NCBI GenBank assembly: GCA_013416795.1
Contig: RQSC01000003.1
Location: forward strand, 204,163 to 268,162
Length of the DNA: 64,000 bases
Direction of reading: 5' to 3'
DNA from: Prasinococcaceae sp. CCMP 1430
Lineage: Eukaryota > Plantae > Prasinodermophyta
In this document: positions 1-10,385 of the stretch, piece by piece
Position numbering within the stretch: position 1 is the first letter of the stretch
Layout of the letters: each line of letters begins with the position of its first letter
Translations under genes and position numbers: made by a program
Notes under the pieces: model-generated
What the model was told of the DNA's origin: nothing
The model's database searches: none
What the model saw: the letters and a program-made list of their open reading frames with translations, nothing else

Positions 1-1910
1 GTTCTCCCTCTGCTTGCCCGCGCCGCTCGACACGTCGGCGCACGCGAGGTACGCGTGCTGCTCGAGCGGGTCGTCGGGGTCTGCGAGCGCCGCGACCTCG
101 CCGCTCGCGAGCATGTACGCCGTCCGCGTGGGCTTGACGACCGCCTTGCCGCGCGCACCCGCGCGCGCGCCGAGCACCTTGGGCGGGGCGCGGCGCTGCG
201 CGACGCGGTCGGGGAACGCCAGCGCGATGAGCGCGCCAACGCACGCCTCGTCGTCGAGCGCGCGCAGCGCCGCGAGCGCCTCATCCGGCGAGGCCGGGTC
301 TCTCGCCGCCGCCAGCGCTGGCAGCGAGCCCTCCAGCTGCTTCATCGAGCGCAGCGCTCGATGCGTCGCGTCGCGATGGAAGCTGCGGGCGTCGACCGCC
401 GCGCCACCCGCGCCACCCGCGCCATCGGCGCCATCGACAGCGCACGCCAGTGCGGCGAGGCGCGCGCGCATGTCCGCGCCAACGCCCGCGCCCGCCATCG
501 CGATGTCCCTCTCGCCGAGCAGCGCCGCCAGCGCCAGCGCCGAGCGACCGGCGCTCGGCGTGTCGGCGCGCGCGCGAGCGCCTCGCCGAGCGGGGTCGCG
601 CCCCCCCGCGCCGTGATTGCGCCCAGGCGCTGGAGCAGCGCGGTGCCCTCGGCGAGCGCGCCCTCGGGCGGCGGGTCGAGCCACAGCATCGATCGCGCGT
701 CGCGCTCGCCCCACGCCGCCAGCGACAGCGCGAGCGGCGCCAGATCCTCCCGCAGGATCGCGGGCTTCGGCCGCTCCGGCCTGCGACCGTGACTCGCCGC
801 GGTCCACAGGCGGTAGCACACCCCGGGCCCCTCCCGGCCCGCGCGGCCCGCGCGCTGGTCCGCGTTCTGCACGGCAATGGGCTCCGTCAGCAGCACGTCC
901 ATCCCCCGCGCCGTGTCGTAGCGCGGCACGCGCGCGAGGCCCGCGTCGACGACGATGCGCACGCCCTTCACGGTCAGGGAGGACTCGGCGACGGGGGTGG
1001 CGAGGACGACGCGCCTGCCCTCGCCCTCGCCGTTGATGGCCTCGTCCTGCTCGCGCTTGCTGCTCATCGTCCCGTGCAGCGCGAGCACGCGCGCCTTTGC
1101 GGCCGCGCGCTCGAGGCGCTCGCGCGTGCCGCGGATCTCCTTCGCGCCCGGCAAGAAGCACAGCACGTCGCCCTCGTGCGCGTCCAGGGCTTCGAGCACG
1201 CAGCGCGCTGCGGCGTCCTCGACCGACCCGCGCTGGTTCAGGTTGATCCCTGACGCCGCGTAGCGCACGTCGACCGGATAGCTCCTGCCCTCGCTGGTGA
1301 TGACAGCCGCGTCGTCGCCGAGCAGGTCGCCGACGCGGCGCGCCTCCGAGCCGAGGGTGGCGCTCATCACGACGAGCCTCAGGTCCGGCCGCAGCAGCTG
1401 GCGCGACTGCGCGCACAGCGCGAGCGCCGAGTCCGCCTCGAGCGAGCGCTCGTGGAATTCGTCGAACACGACCGCGCACACGCCCTCGAGGGACGGGTCC
1501 GAGAGGAGCCGTCGACCGAGGACGCCCTCCGTGACGACCTCGACGCGCGTGCGCGCGCTCACCCTCGACTCGAAGCGCACGCGGTACCCGACGGTCTCAC
1601 CGACGCCCTCCCCCAGCATTGTCGCCATGCGCGTCGCGGCGGCGCGCGCAGCGAGCCTCCGCGGCTCGAGCACGACGATGGTGCCCCCGTCGGACGCGTA
1701 CTGGGCGCCGCTGAGCAGCATCGCGAGCGGCAGCGCCGTCGTCTTTCCGGCGCCCGGCGGAGCCTGGAGGACGGCGGGCCGCCCGTCACGCAGCGCGTCC
1801 GTGACGTCATTGAGGACCTCACGCACGGGCAGGCCCGCGCTCGCGGCGTCGAAGCGCTCGCGCAGCCGCGGCGCCGGCGAGGCCGCCTCGGCACCCGCGG
1901 AGGGGACCAA
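1..1910 (-). CDS. hrpB: HrpB-like DEAH-box ATP-dependent RNA helicase (no ATG found; frameshift near 570; runs off window edge)
   Basis: Motifs APPGAGKTT, DEFHER, MSAT, ATPVAESSLT, QRAGRAGR. After a shift in the (CG)n run at ~567-576, a second minus frame reads LALAALLGERD...GALIALAFPDRVAQRR, typical of the HrpB C-terminal region. Confidence 0.9.
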
Positions 1911-1960
1911 GGGCCCGGTCGTCGGCAGAGGCTGCGGCGGCGGCGCCGGCGGCGCGGGGC

Positions 1961-2974
1961 GAACGCGTGCTGGTGACCGGCGCCGCGGGCTTCATCGGCA
2001 GCCACGTGTGCCAGCAGCTGGCGGAGGCGGGCTACGCCGTGCGGGGCACCGTGCGCGACGCGTCCGATGCCGCCAAGGTCGGCCACCTCCGCGCCTGCTG
2101 CCCTGGCATCGAGCTGGTCGAGGCCGACCTCGTGGCGTCCGACGGCGACGCCTGGCGCTCGGCGTGCCGCGGCTGCGCGTACGTGTGCCACGTCGCCTCG
2201 CCGTTCGTGACCGGCGCCACCGACGCCGAGCTGCTGCCTCCGGCTGTGGACGGGTCCAAAGCGGTGGTCTCCGCGGCGGCCGCCGAGGGGGTGCGGCGCG
2301 TGGTGCTCACGTCGTCGGTGGCGGCCATCTCAGCGGGGCGCGGGCCGGAAGCGCACGGGCGCACCTTCACGCCCGAGGACTGGACGGTCGCAGAAAAGGC
2401 GGACGCGTATCCCAAGTCGAAGACGCTCGCAGAGAGGGCCGCGCGCGCCACGGCACAGGAGCGCGGCATCGAGATCGTCACGATCCATCCGTCGTACGTG
2501 CTCGGCGCGTCGCTCTCGACGCGCGTCGACCACACATCGGCCGCGCTGCACCTTCGGATGATGTCGGGCAGCGTGCCGGCGTCGCCCCACATGTCGCTGG
2601 GCATCGTGTCAGTGCGCGATGTGGCGGCGACGCACGTGGCCGCGATCGAGAGAGGCGAGCCAGGCGCCCGCTACATCGCGCACGCGGGCAACATGTGGAT
2701 GAGCGAGGTGGCGAAGGCGCTGCGGCGGGACGAGTTCAAGCGCCGCGGCGCGCGCGCGCCGCGATGGACCGCGCCGAACTTCCTCGTCCGGCTGATGGCG
2801 CGTTTCGGCGACTCGGGCGCGGGCGCCATCGCGGGCATGCTCGGGCGCGAGGTCTACTACGACACGTCGGCGACGACCGAGCGGCTCGGCGTGCGCTTCG
2901 CCTCGGCCGAGGATGCCGTCGTCGAGACCGCGCGGGACCTGCTCGACAAGGGATTGGTGAAGGGCTGCAACTGA
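1961..2974 (+). CDS. NAD(P)-dependent epimerase/dehydratase (extended SDR, cinnamoyl-CoA reductase/aldehyde reductase-like); ATG missing
   Basis: VLVTGAAGFIGSHV Rossmann motif, HVASP, LTSSVAAI, catalytic YPKSK (YxxxK), VSVRDVA. Confidence 0.88.
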   Translation, partial: ERVLVTGAAGFIGSHVCQQLAEAGYAVRGTVRDASDAAKVGHLRACCPGIELVEADLVASDGDAWRSACRGCAYVCHVASPFVTGATDAELLPPAVDGSKAVVSAAAAEGVRRVVLTSSVAAISAGRGPEAHGRTFTPEDWTVAEKADAYPKSKTLAERAARATAQERGIEIVTIHPSYVLGASLSTRVDHTSAALHLRMMSGSVPASPHMSLGIVSVRDVAATHVAAIERGEPGARYIAHAGNMWMSEVAKALRRDEFKRRGARAPRWTAPNFLVRLMARFGDSGAGAIAGMLGREVYYDTSATTERLGVRFASAEDAVVETARDLLDKGLVKGCN

Positions 2975-3202
2975 GCGAGCGCAGGCCCGCGAGCCGCGCC
3001 GCAGCACCGACGACTTGTTGTGTGCGCGCGCGGCTCTCGAGCGCGCGCTGGTCCCGATGGTACGGCGCGGCATGAATATACTGTACACTCTTCGAAGTCT
3101 GAAACACCGCGCGCGCCTTCTTCCGTCTGGGAGTCGCTTTGGGCGGTTTTCTGCGTGCGCTCGCTGGCCGCCTCAACCGCCCGCCTCGTCCGGCTCCCGT
3201 CC

Positions 3203-4669
3203 CTAGGCCTCGGCTGGCGCGTCCGGCTTGAGGAAGCTCACCGTCTTGGAGCTCGAGCACTGCTCCTTCTGCCAGGGCACGAGCCCGACCTCGCGGCCGA
3301 GCTCGCCCAGGTCGGTCATAATGTACGACTCGTAGTACGGCTCCGCGAAGTCGCCGAAGCGCCCCATGGTAGCGTCCACGCTGGGCCGGTCGCCCTTCTG
3401 GATCGAGTCGGTGACCACGAAGAGGCCGCCCGGCTTGAGCACGCGCGCGGCCTCGGCGAACACGTTGCGGCGCGCCTCGAGCGGCAGCTCGTGGAAGAGA
3501 TACACGCTGGTGACGACGTCGAAGCTGGCGTCGGGCTCGGGCACGTCCTCGGCGTTGGCGTGGAGGAGCACGCACGAGCCCACGGAGCGCTGCGCGGAGC
3601 CGCCGTCGGCGTTGAGCTCCTTCGTGATGTCCTCTGCGCGCAGCTGCTCCCAGTAGCTGTTGTTCTCGCGCGCCTTCTCGAGGTAGAACGGCGACAGGTC
3701 GAGCAGCGTGAAGTCCGCCTCCGGAAACGTGTCGCGGGCGAAGGTCGCAAAGCGGCCGGTGCCGCACGCGAGCTCGAGCACGCGCACGCCGGCGGTCGAG
3801 GGCCCCCGCCGCTGCAAGTAGCGCGACACGGGCACGAGCGTGTGTCGCTGCATGCTGTCCTGCCGGCCGACGAAGAGCGTCTCCGTGGAGGTCTCGTACA
3901 CCTCCGCGCTGTCCGCGGAGAACCAGCCGTCGCTCTGGTAGTGGAAGGTGTGCTGGTAGTAGCTCGGGTACATGGTCGGGCTCGACTTGAGCCACACCGA
4001 GGTGTCCGCCCGCTGGCTCCTCCGCGCGAGCGTGCCGTTGGCCTCGGTGACGAAGCGCGCCGCCTGCCCCGCGATGAAGAGCGGGTTCCACTGTCTGTGA
4101 AGCCCGCCGGAGTGCACGGGCTGGGCGTCGTACGGAGCGCGGTACAGGCCCGCGCGCACGTTCTCGAGGTCCTGGCGGAAGGACACGAGTGCCTCCGCGT
4201 ACAGCCGCGCCATGGAATCGATGCTCAGCCCCTTGCCGATCGGGCTGGAGTCCTGGGTGCCCGAGGTGGCCGCGTTGTACGCGAGCGATCCCGCGGCCTG
4301 CGTGGCGAAGAACGTCGCGCGCGCCACGGCGTACGCGAAGAAGGCGGCGGACTCGGGCGATTTGGACGCCACGTCGCCGAAGCGGGCGACCTCGTCGAGG
4401 AGCGACTCGGCGGCGCTCTTGCCAGGGTACGGGAACGACCAGTCGCGCCACTCGGCGCAGCTCGGCGAGCACACGAAGGTTTGGGCGTCGAGCGTGCCCG
4501 GCCGCGAGTCGACGGGCGCGGCCGAGTCTGTCGCAGCCGTTGGGGGAGTCGGGGCCTTCTCGGCGTCGAAGCCGTCGAAGACGACCGCCTCCAGGGCGCG
4601 CGGGGGCGCGGGGGCCGAGCGGCGCGCCCTAGAGGCGCCGTTGGCGCGGCCGCGCCGTCCGGGCGCGCG
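3203..4669 (-). CDS. Class I SAM-dependent methyltransferase (cyanobacterial/plastid type); 5' end in gap
   Basis: Motif I RVLELACGTGRFA, LLDLSPFYL, HANAEDVP, YLFHELP, RVLKPGG; N-terminal YPSYYQHTFHYQSDGW block seen in algal/cyanobacterial homologues. Confidence 0.85.
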   Translation of the reverse strand, partial: RAPGRRGRANGASRARRSAPAPPRALEAVVFDGFDAEKAPTPPTAATDSAAPVDSRPGTLDAQTFVCSPSCAEWRDWSFPYPGKSAAESLLDEVARFGDVASKSPESAAFFAYAVARATFFATQAAGSLAYNAATSGTQDSSPIGKGLSIDSMARLYAEALVSFRQDLENVRAGLYRAPYDAQPVHSGGLHRQWNPLFIAGQAARFVTEANGTLARRSQRADTSVWLKSSPTMYPSYYQHTFHYQSDGWFSADSAEVYETSTETLFVGRQDSMQRHTLVPVSRYLQRRGPSTAGVRVLELACGTGRFATFARDTFPEADFTLLDLSPFYLEKARENNSYWEQLRAEDITKELNADGGSAQRSVGSCVLLHANAEDVPEPDASFDVVTSVYLFHELPLEARRNVFAEAARVLKPGGLFVVTDSIQKGDRPSVDATMGRFGDFAEPYYESYIMTDLGELGREVGLVPWQKEQCSSSKTVSFLKPDAPAEA

Positions 4670-5471
4670 NNNNNNNNNNNNNNNNNNNNNNNNNNNNNNN
4701 NNNNNNNNNNNNNNNNNNNNNNNNNNNNNNNNNNNNNNNNNNNNNNNNNNNNNNNNNNNNNNNNNNNNNNNNNNNNNNNNNNNNNNNNNNNNNNNNNNNN
4801 NNNNNNNNNNNNNNNNNNNNNNNNNNNNNNNNNNNNNNNNNNNNNNNNNNNNNNNNNNNNNNNNNNNNNNNNNNNNNNNNNNNNNNNNNNNNNNNNNNNN
4901 NNNNNNNNNNNNNNNNNNNNNNNNNNNNNNNNNNNNNNNNNNNNNNNNNNNNNNNNNNNNNNNNNNNNNNNNNNNNNNNNNNNNNNNNNNNNNNNNNNNN
5001 NNNNNNNNNNNNNNNNNNNNNNNNNNNNNNNNNNNNNNNNNNNNNNNNNNNNNNNNNNNNNNNNNNNNNNNNNNNNNNNNNNNNNNNNNNNNNNNNNNNN
5101 NNNNNNNNNNNNNNNNNNNNNNNNNNNNNNNNNNNNNNNNNNNNNNNNNNNNNNNNNNNNNNNNNNNNNNNNNNNNNNNNNNNNNNNNNNNNNNNNNNNN
5201 NNNNNNNNNNNNNNNNNNNNNNNNNNNNNNNNNNNNNNNNNNNNNNNNNNNNNNNNNNNNNNNNNNNNNNNNNNNNNNNNNNNNNNNNNNNNNNNNNNNN
5301 NNNNNNNNNNNNNNNNNNNNNNNNNNNNNNNNNNNNNNNNNNNNNNNNNNNNNNNNNNNNNNNNNNNNNNNNNNNNNNNNNNNNNNNNNNNNNNNNNNNN
5401 NNNNNNNNNNNNNNNNNNNNNNNNNNNNNNNNNNNNNNNNNNNNNNNNNNNNNNNNNNNNNNNNNNNNNNN
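4670..5471. other. Assembly gap (N run); other gaps at 21303-21528, 50245-51184, 52214-53029; single N at 19337, 22490, 35920, 48052, 57144
   Basis: N characters in the sequence. Confidence 1.
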
Positions 5472-5860
5472 CCAGCAGCGGCGGCAACGCGGACGACGCG
5501 CGAGGCGGCGCGGCCGGCGGCGGCGGCGACGCCCGGCAAGGCCCCCCACTTCGCGTCGATGCTTCCACGGCGGGCGTCAGCCCGCTGCTCCAACCCGGCC
5601 ATCATCGCACATCGCAGCAGAAGGTGCAGCGTGGGCAGACGCCGCCACCGGGAGCTCCCGGGGGCGATCCGGAGGCCGCGGACGCGGCCTACCGCAGCGG
5701 TGGCGCTGCGCTGCGCTGCGGTGACGTCCGAGCCGCGCTGTCGCTCTTCCGCACAGCGGCGGCGGCGTGCCCGCCTGGCGCGCCCTTCCGCTCTGCGCGC
5801 GTGAAGATCGACCGCGCCATCAGCGCGTGCGAGAACAAGCTCGCCGAGGCGCCCGTGTAA
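5472..5860 (+). CDS. 3' part of a protein ending in a TPR-like helical pair; 5' end in gap
   Basis: ADAAYRSGGAALRCGDVRAALSLFRTAAAACP resembles a TPR; stop TAA at 5858-5860, convergent with NAA30. Confidence 0.4.
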
Positions 5861-5934
5861 TTCCCTCGCTCGCCAGGGACGGCGCCGTGTGCGCGCTCGC
5901 GCGCCGGCAGCCGAGGGCAGCGTCGTGGCGTCTT

Positions 5935-7108
5935 TTACTTTTTGGCCTTGCGCGAGGGCAAGAGCGGCGTGGCCTCACCGCCCAAGCCCATCCCGCCGAG
6001 CCCCGCGGGCGACGCGAGCGGCGGCAGCTTGGCACCTGCCTGTCCCCCTGCACCGAACAGCTTGGCGTTGAGGCGCTTGAGCTCCGCCACCGTGTCATCC
6101 GCCACCTCTTGCGCCTCCGCCTCCTGCGCCTGCGTGGCGGCCGCCTCGTCCTTCTGCAGCCGTGCCTCATACTCGGCCGCCGCGTTCTCTGTGGGGGCGC
6201 GAGGAGCATCACGCGCTCTGTCAGCTCGCGCACGCGAGAGTGCGAGCTGCTGCCGCCCAATCAAGGCGCTCTCCTGTCGCTGCGCCCCCATGAGCTTTAA
6301 TCTTCCCCCGCTCCCCCCCCTCCCCCCCCCACACACATTCGGCAGAGCTGGCACGCGCGAGCGTCACGCGCGGGCGCCTGCGCTGGCGAGGGCCTCCGGC
6401 ACCTGCGTGCCTGCCCTGTTTGCATCGGCTGCACGCACCTATCCTCTTCCGCTGCTCCTCCGGCAGCTCCGCGCGCTTGGCGTCCACCGTGTCCTGCGGC
6501 AGCAGCAGCTTCAGCCGGAAGGCGTCCACTCCGTTGAGGTAGTACCTGATGAGGAACTTGTCGCGGATGAAACCCAGCTGCTGATAGAGGGCGAGCGCAC
6601 CCCGGTTGGTCACCTCGGCCTCGAGCACGCACTCATCGGCACCGGCCTCGCGCATCACGTTCAGGGAGCGCTTCACGAGCTCCGTGCCGATGCCGTACTT
6701 GCGGAACGCCTGCGCGCGCGCGGCGCGACGCCCGCGATGGCGCGACCGAGTCAGAGATGAGGGCAGGCCCCCGCATGGGCGCGCACGCGATGCGCTGCAT
6801 CGCGCGAGCCACCACTGCGGGTGACAGCCCCGCGGGCGTACCTTGGTGACCACGAGCATGGCGATGTACCCTCTGAACACCCCCCGGTGGTCGTCGAGCT
6901 TGCACACGATGGCGCCCACGCACTTGCCGCCGCTGTACGCCATCCAACACAGCCCCGGCCAGCTCGCGATGAAGTACCTGTACGTGAAGATGGAGTAGGG
7001 CTCGCTGAGCTCCGACGCAACGAGGTCCATGATGATGGGCAGGTCGTTCTCGTCCGCATAGGCCTTGTACTCGAGGTCCGGCGGCGGCGCCGGCCGGCCG
7101 TTCGTCAT
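5935..7108 (-). CDS. NAA30: N-alpha-acetyltransferase 30 (NatC catalytic subunit); 3 exons 7108-6842, 6709-6439, 6188-5935
   Basis: ELSEPYSIFTYRYF, RGYIAMLVV, FRKYGIG, LEAEVTNRGALALYQQLGFIRDKFLIRYYLNGVDAFRLKL. GT-AG introns 6841-6710 and 6438-6189 restore the frame; the third exon is inferred. Confidence 0.93.
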
Positions 7109-8150
7109 GCTGCCGCGCGCGCGCAGCGCGCAGGCCTCGCTCCCCTTCCCGGCCCCTCGCCCGCGCACGTCCCTTTCCCCGCCCGTGCGCCTCTCGCCCG
7201 CTGTGGCACCCACCCTGCCCCTCTCGCCCCCTAATGTGCTCACAGTTACGACAGCCCGATAAACCTGTCGCACCTTCGCCCGTCGTTCTCCCACATTTTC
7301 TCGTGGGCGCGGGCGAGGGAGTGCCCACCCGCTCCTACTAAGGGGTGAGCCGGCGACGGCGGGCGGCCAGCGCAGCATTGCGGCCGCGCGCCTTGTAACT
7401 TTCTGGATTGACAGCCCCAGGCCGAGGGCCGCGGCGCCAGCACAGCGCGCGAGGCGAGCGCGTGCGCTGGCGCGCGCGCGCCCAGCCGAGCCTGGAGGTT
7501 GCTCAATAGTTTACATGACGGGCACCCCTCCTACCCGGCCGCTGTGGGGCGACCGACCGGGCATGCACACGCGCAGCACAGCACGGGCGTTCCGGCAGGT
7601 CGAGGGCGCCGCCCGCCTTCGGGCTGACCTTCCCCCTGCTCCTCAAGGCCGACGGCACTCCCGCCCCCGTCGCACGCCGCGCCGCGCCCTCGCGCGCGCG
7701 CCCTCGCGCGCCCCCGGCGCGCACAATCATCGGATTCATTCTGACATACGTATCACTCGCCCGTGGGTGCAATTGCCATCGTACCATCCACCGGATGGTA
7801 TGCATGACGCGCGGGTGGCCCAAAACCCCTCTCCCGAAGGCGATCCCGGAAATGCTCGGTCGGCCGATCTCGTTGATGAGAGCTCTTGGGGGATACACGC
7901 GGCAACTCGCTTGAGAATGCATCGAATTGCCGGCAAGAAAGGTCGTTGCTATTACAGCCGCGCACGCCAGCCTGAGCGTGCGCGAGGGCGGAGGGGGAAG
8001 GGAGGGTGAATGGGGGGATTGGAGCGCAAGAGTACGCGGCGGGCTGCGCACGTGTGCACGTGCGTGGCGTGCCCGCGGGCGCGGGCGTCCGGCGTAACAA
8101 GGACGTAGGAGGAGAGCGGCGCGTGCTCGGGCGAAGCGCGCCGAGCGGGC

Positions 8151-9685
8151 TCATATCCGGTCGTCTCTGCGGCCGCAGCGAGCGTGCCACGCGTCTGCAG
8201 CCGCCCTCACGGCCTCTGGCTCGTTGGTGACCACCGCATCCGCACCCGCTGCCAGCACGCGCCGTTGCATGTAGGGCTCGTTGGCCGTCCAGCCAAAGAT
8301 TCGCATGCCCCTGCTGCGTGCCTGCTCCACCAAGTCAGCATCGAGCATCGAGTGGTGCACGCTGAGCACCTCCGTCGAAGGCATGCGGAAGGGCTGATCC
8401 ATTTTCCTCTTGATGGCCGCTTTGGTGTCGTTCATCATGACCTCCCCTTTGTGCGTTCGGGCAGGTGGGCGGGCATTTGGGGTCGCGCGCGCCTAGGCGT
8501 CAGCTGCGCGCGTGGTTCGGAAGCGCCCACGTGCGCAAGCGAGAGAGAGACAGAGAGAGGGCAAACGCGCACGGACGGGGACGGGGCATTCCTACCTGCG
8601 GCAATGTCTCTGTAATTGTCCTTGATCGAATTGGTGACGTAGTCAGACTTGGACCACACCACGCAGTTGTTGCACTTTGCTGCCTTGAGCACAATGGAGA
8701 CTGCGTGCACGGCCGCGAGCGTGCAGCGGCACAGTGTCAGCATGCCCGCGAGAGGCGGCGCGCCCGCCTTCCCGCGTGTAGGTGCGCGTCACGCACCTCC
8801 CATCGCGACCTTGGCCGCGCGGTGCCTGTTGCCCTCTTTGACGTCGATGATCAGGGTGTCCAGCAGGTGCGCCGTCTCAGCCACGACGTCCTTGAGCTGC
8901 GGCACCGTAGCACCCTGGCGGCTCACCGAAGCGGGCAAACCCTTCGCCGCGTCGTATTTCCTGCGGGAGGCAATGATGGGTCGGGTGGTCAGCCATCGCA
9001 CGCGCACCGCCAGCTCGCATGCGCACGTTGCGAGGGAGAGCTGGGCGCGCGCGCGACGCCAGCGCTCGCGCGCGGCCTCACATGATCCTATCCGATTTGA
9101 TGAACCCCACGTTTGTGTTTTCGTCCCCCGACATGCGAATCACTTCGCGATCATGCACAGCGAGGACCACCGCGTCGAGCGAGAGGCTCGCATCGATCTC
9201 GACGCACCGCGCGCCCTTGGCGATTGCGCTCTTCACGGCCGCGATGGTGTTCGGTGCGTGGCTGTGCGTGTCACCGCCGTGCCAGCACACCATCGGGCCG
9301 CCCTTGCGTGTGGCCTTGCTGAGCTCGCAGAACGCGGCCGTCGGGCGAGTCCGGTGCAAGTCGCGCACACTCATCTTCTTCTCCTCCTCGGACATATCCA
9401 TGCCCGCGCCCGCGTCTGGTAGCATCACCTGTCGCGCGGACAGGGCCAGGCCGTGCGAGCGGGAGCGCGCGTCAGCACCCGAGGAATCTGCCAGGCGGGC
9501 GCGAGGCGGAGGCGCGCGCGCGCAGGAGAGCGCACCTGAAATACGAAGAAGGTGAGCGTCATCAGTGCGAGCATCACGACGGCGATCACAGGCAGCGGCG
9601 GGCCCCTCCTACTGCGCATGCTGCCCGTGCCACGCGTCGCCGACGGCAGCAGCGGCGCCGAGCGCCAGTCGCCGCCACGCATCAT
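8151..9685 (-). CDS. Glycerophosphodiester phosphodiesterase family protein with N-terminal membrane anchor; 5 exons
   Basis: WHGG...APNTIAAVKSAIAKGARCVEID...VHD, IIDVK, FGWTANE, GADAVVTNEP. Phase-compatible GT-AG introns near 9535-9429, 9080-8965, 8786-8703, 8595-8448. Confidence 0.85.
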
Positions 9686-10166
9686 CGCGCCGCCGCCGCC
9701 GCGGGCGCGCGCGCGATCGGCGGCGGAATCGCCGGGCCGCGCCCGCGCCCTAACGGCGCGGGCGCGGGCACATTTCAGGTTAGAAAATGAGGGTTTGTAA
9801 ATTCGGTGCTTGTAGGGCGTTTTGACGGAGCCTTGCCGATTTCGGGGTTCGGGTTTCGGAGCGCGTCCCGAACCGGCGCGCGCGGGCGCGGGGCGCCGGA
9901 TTTTTTTTCGCCCGGCGGCCGTTTCCCGGTTTCGTCCGCAAAACGGCGTTCTCACCCCCCGATTCATCCAACGAAATCGCACGATGGTTTGACGGAAGCG
10001 GGCATCGAAATGCGCTACGGCCGGCCGCTGCGCGTTCGTTACGCGTCGTGTCATGCGGCCGCATCGAACGAGCGAATCGCGGAGTGATGAAAGAAATGCG
10101 CGCGATTCGCACATACGTGCGAGTATGTGCGCACCGGGCGGCGTTGTTAGTTCGGCAGCGCCGCGC

Positions 10167-10270
10167 GATAACCCTAACCATATTTTAGGGGTAATTGCGT
10201 TTTAGGGTTTGAGATTCCGATGATAACCCTAACATGATATTAGGGTATGGTTGTTGATAGGGTTTAGGGG
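10167..10270. promoter_or_regulatory. Cluster of telomere-like/telo-box motifs in the divergent GDPD/PES promoter
   Basis: GATAACCCTAAC at 10167 and 10222, each followed by TTAGGG; TTTAGGGTTT at 10201; TAGGGTTTAGGGG at 10258. Confidence 0.55.
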
Positions 10271-10385
10271 GCATGGGAGCGCGCGCGCGCGCGATCCGTT
10301 CGGCGGCGCTGCTGCGCCGCTCGCTGAGCGCGGCGGTGTGGCGCGCCGTGGCGACGTAGGTCAGGTTGAGTTCGCCGTCGATTAG

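Noticed and set aside
5472-5605. MMAGLEQ…RVVRVAAAA as the methyltransferase transit peptide
   Set aside because: Frame continuity across the gap cannot be known, and it overlaps the plus-strand TPR-like ORF; left unresolved.
3020-5860. Long ORFs (800-1361 aa) spanning N runs, also at 49025-53344
   Set aside because: They stay open only because X codons contain no stops; flanking parts belong to different genes or frames.
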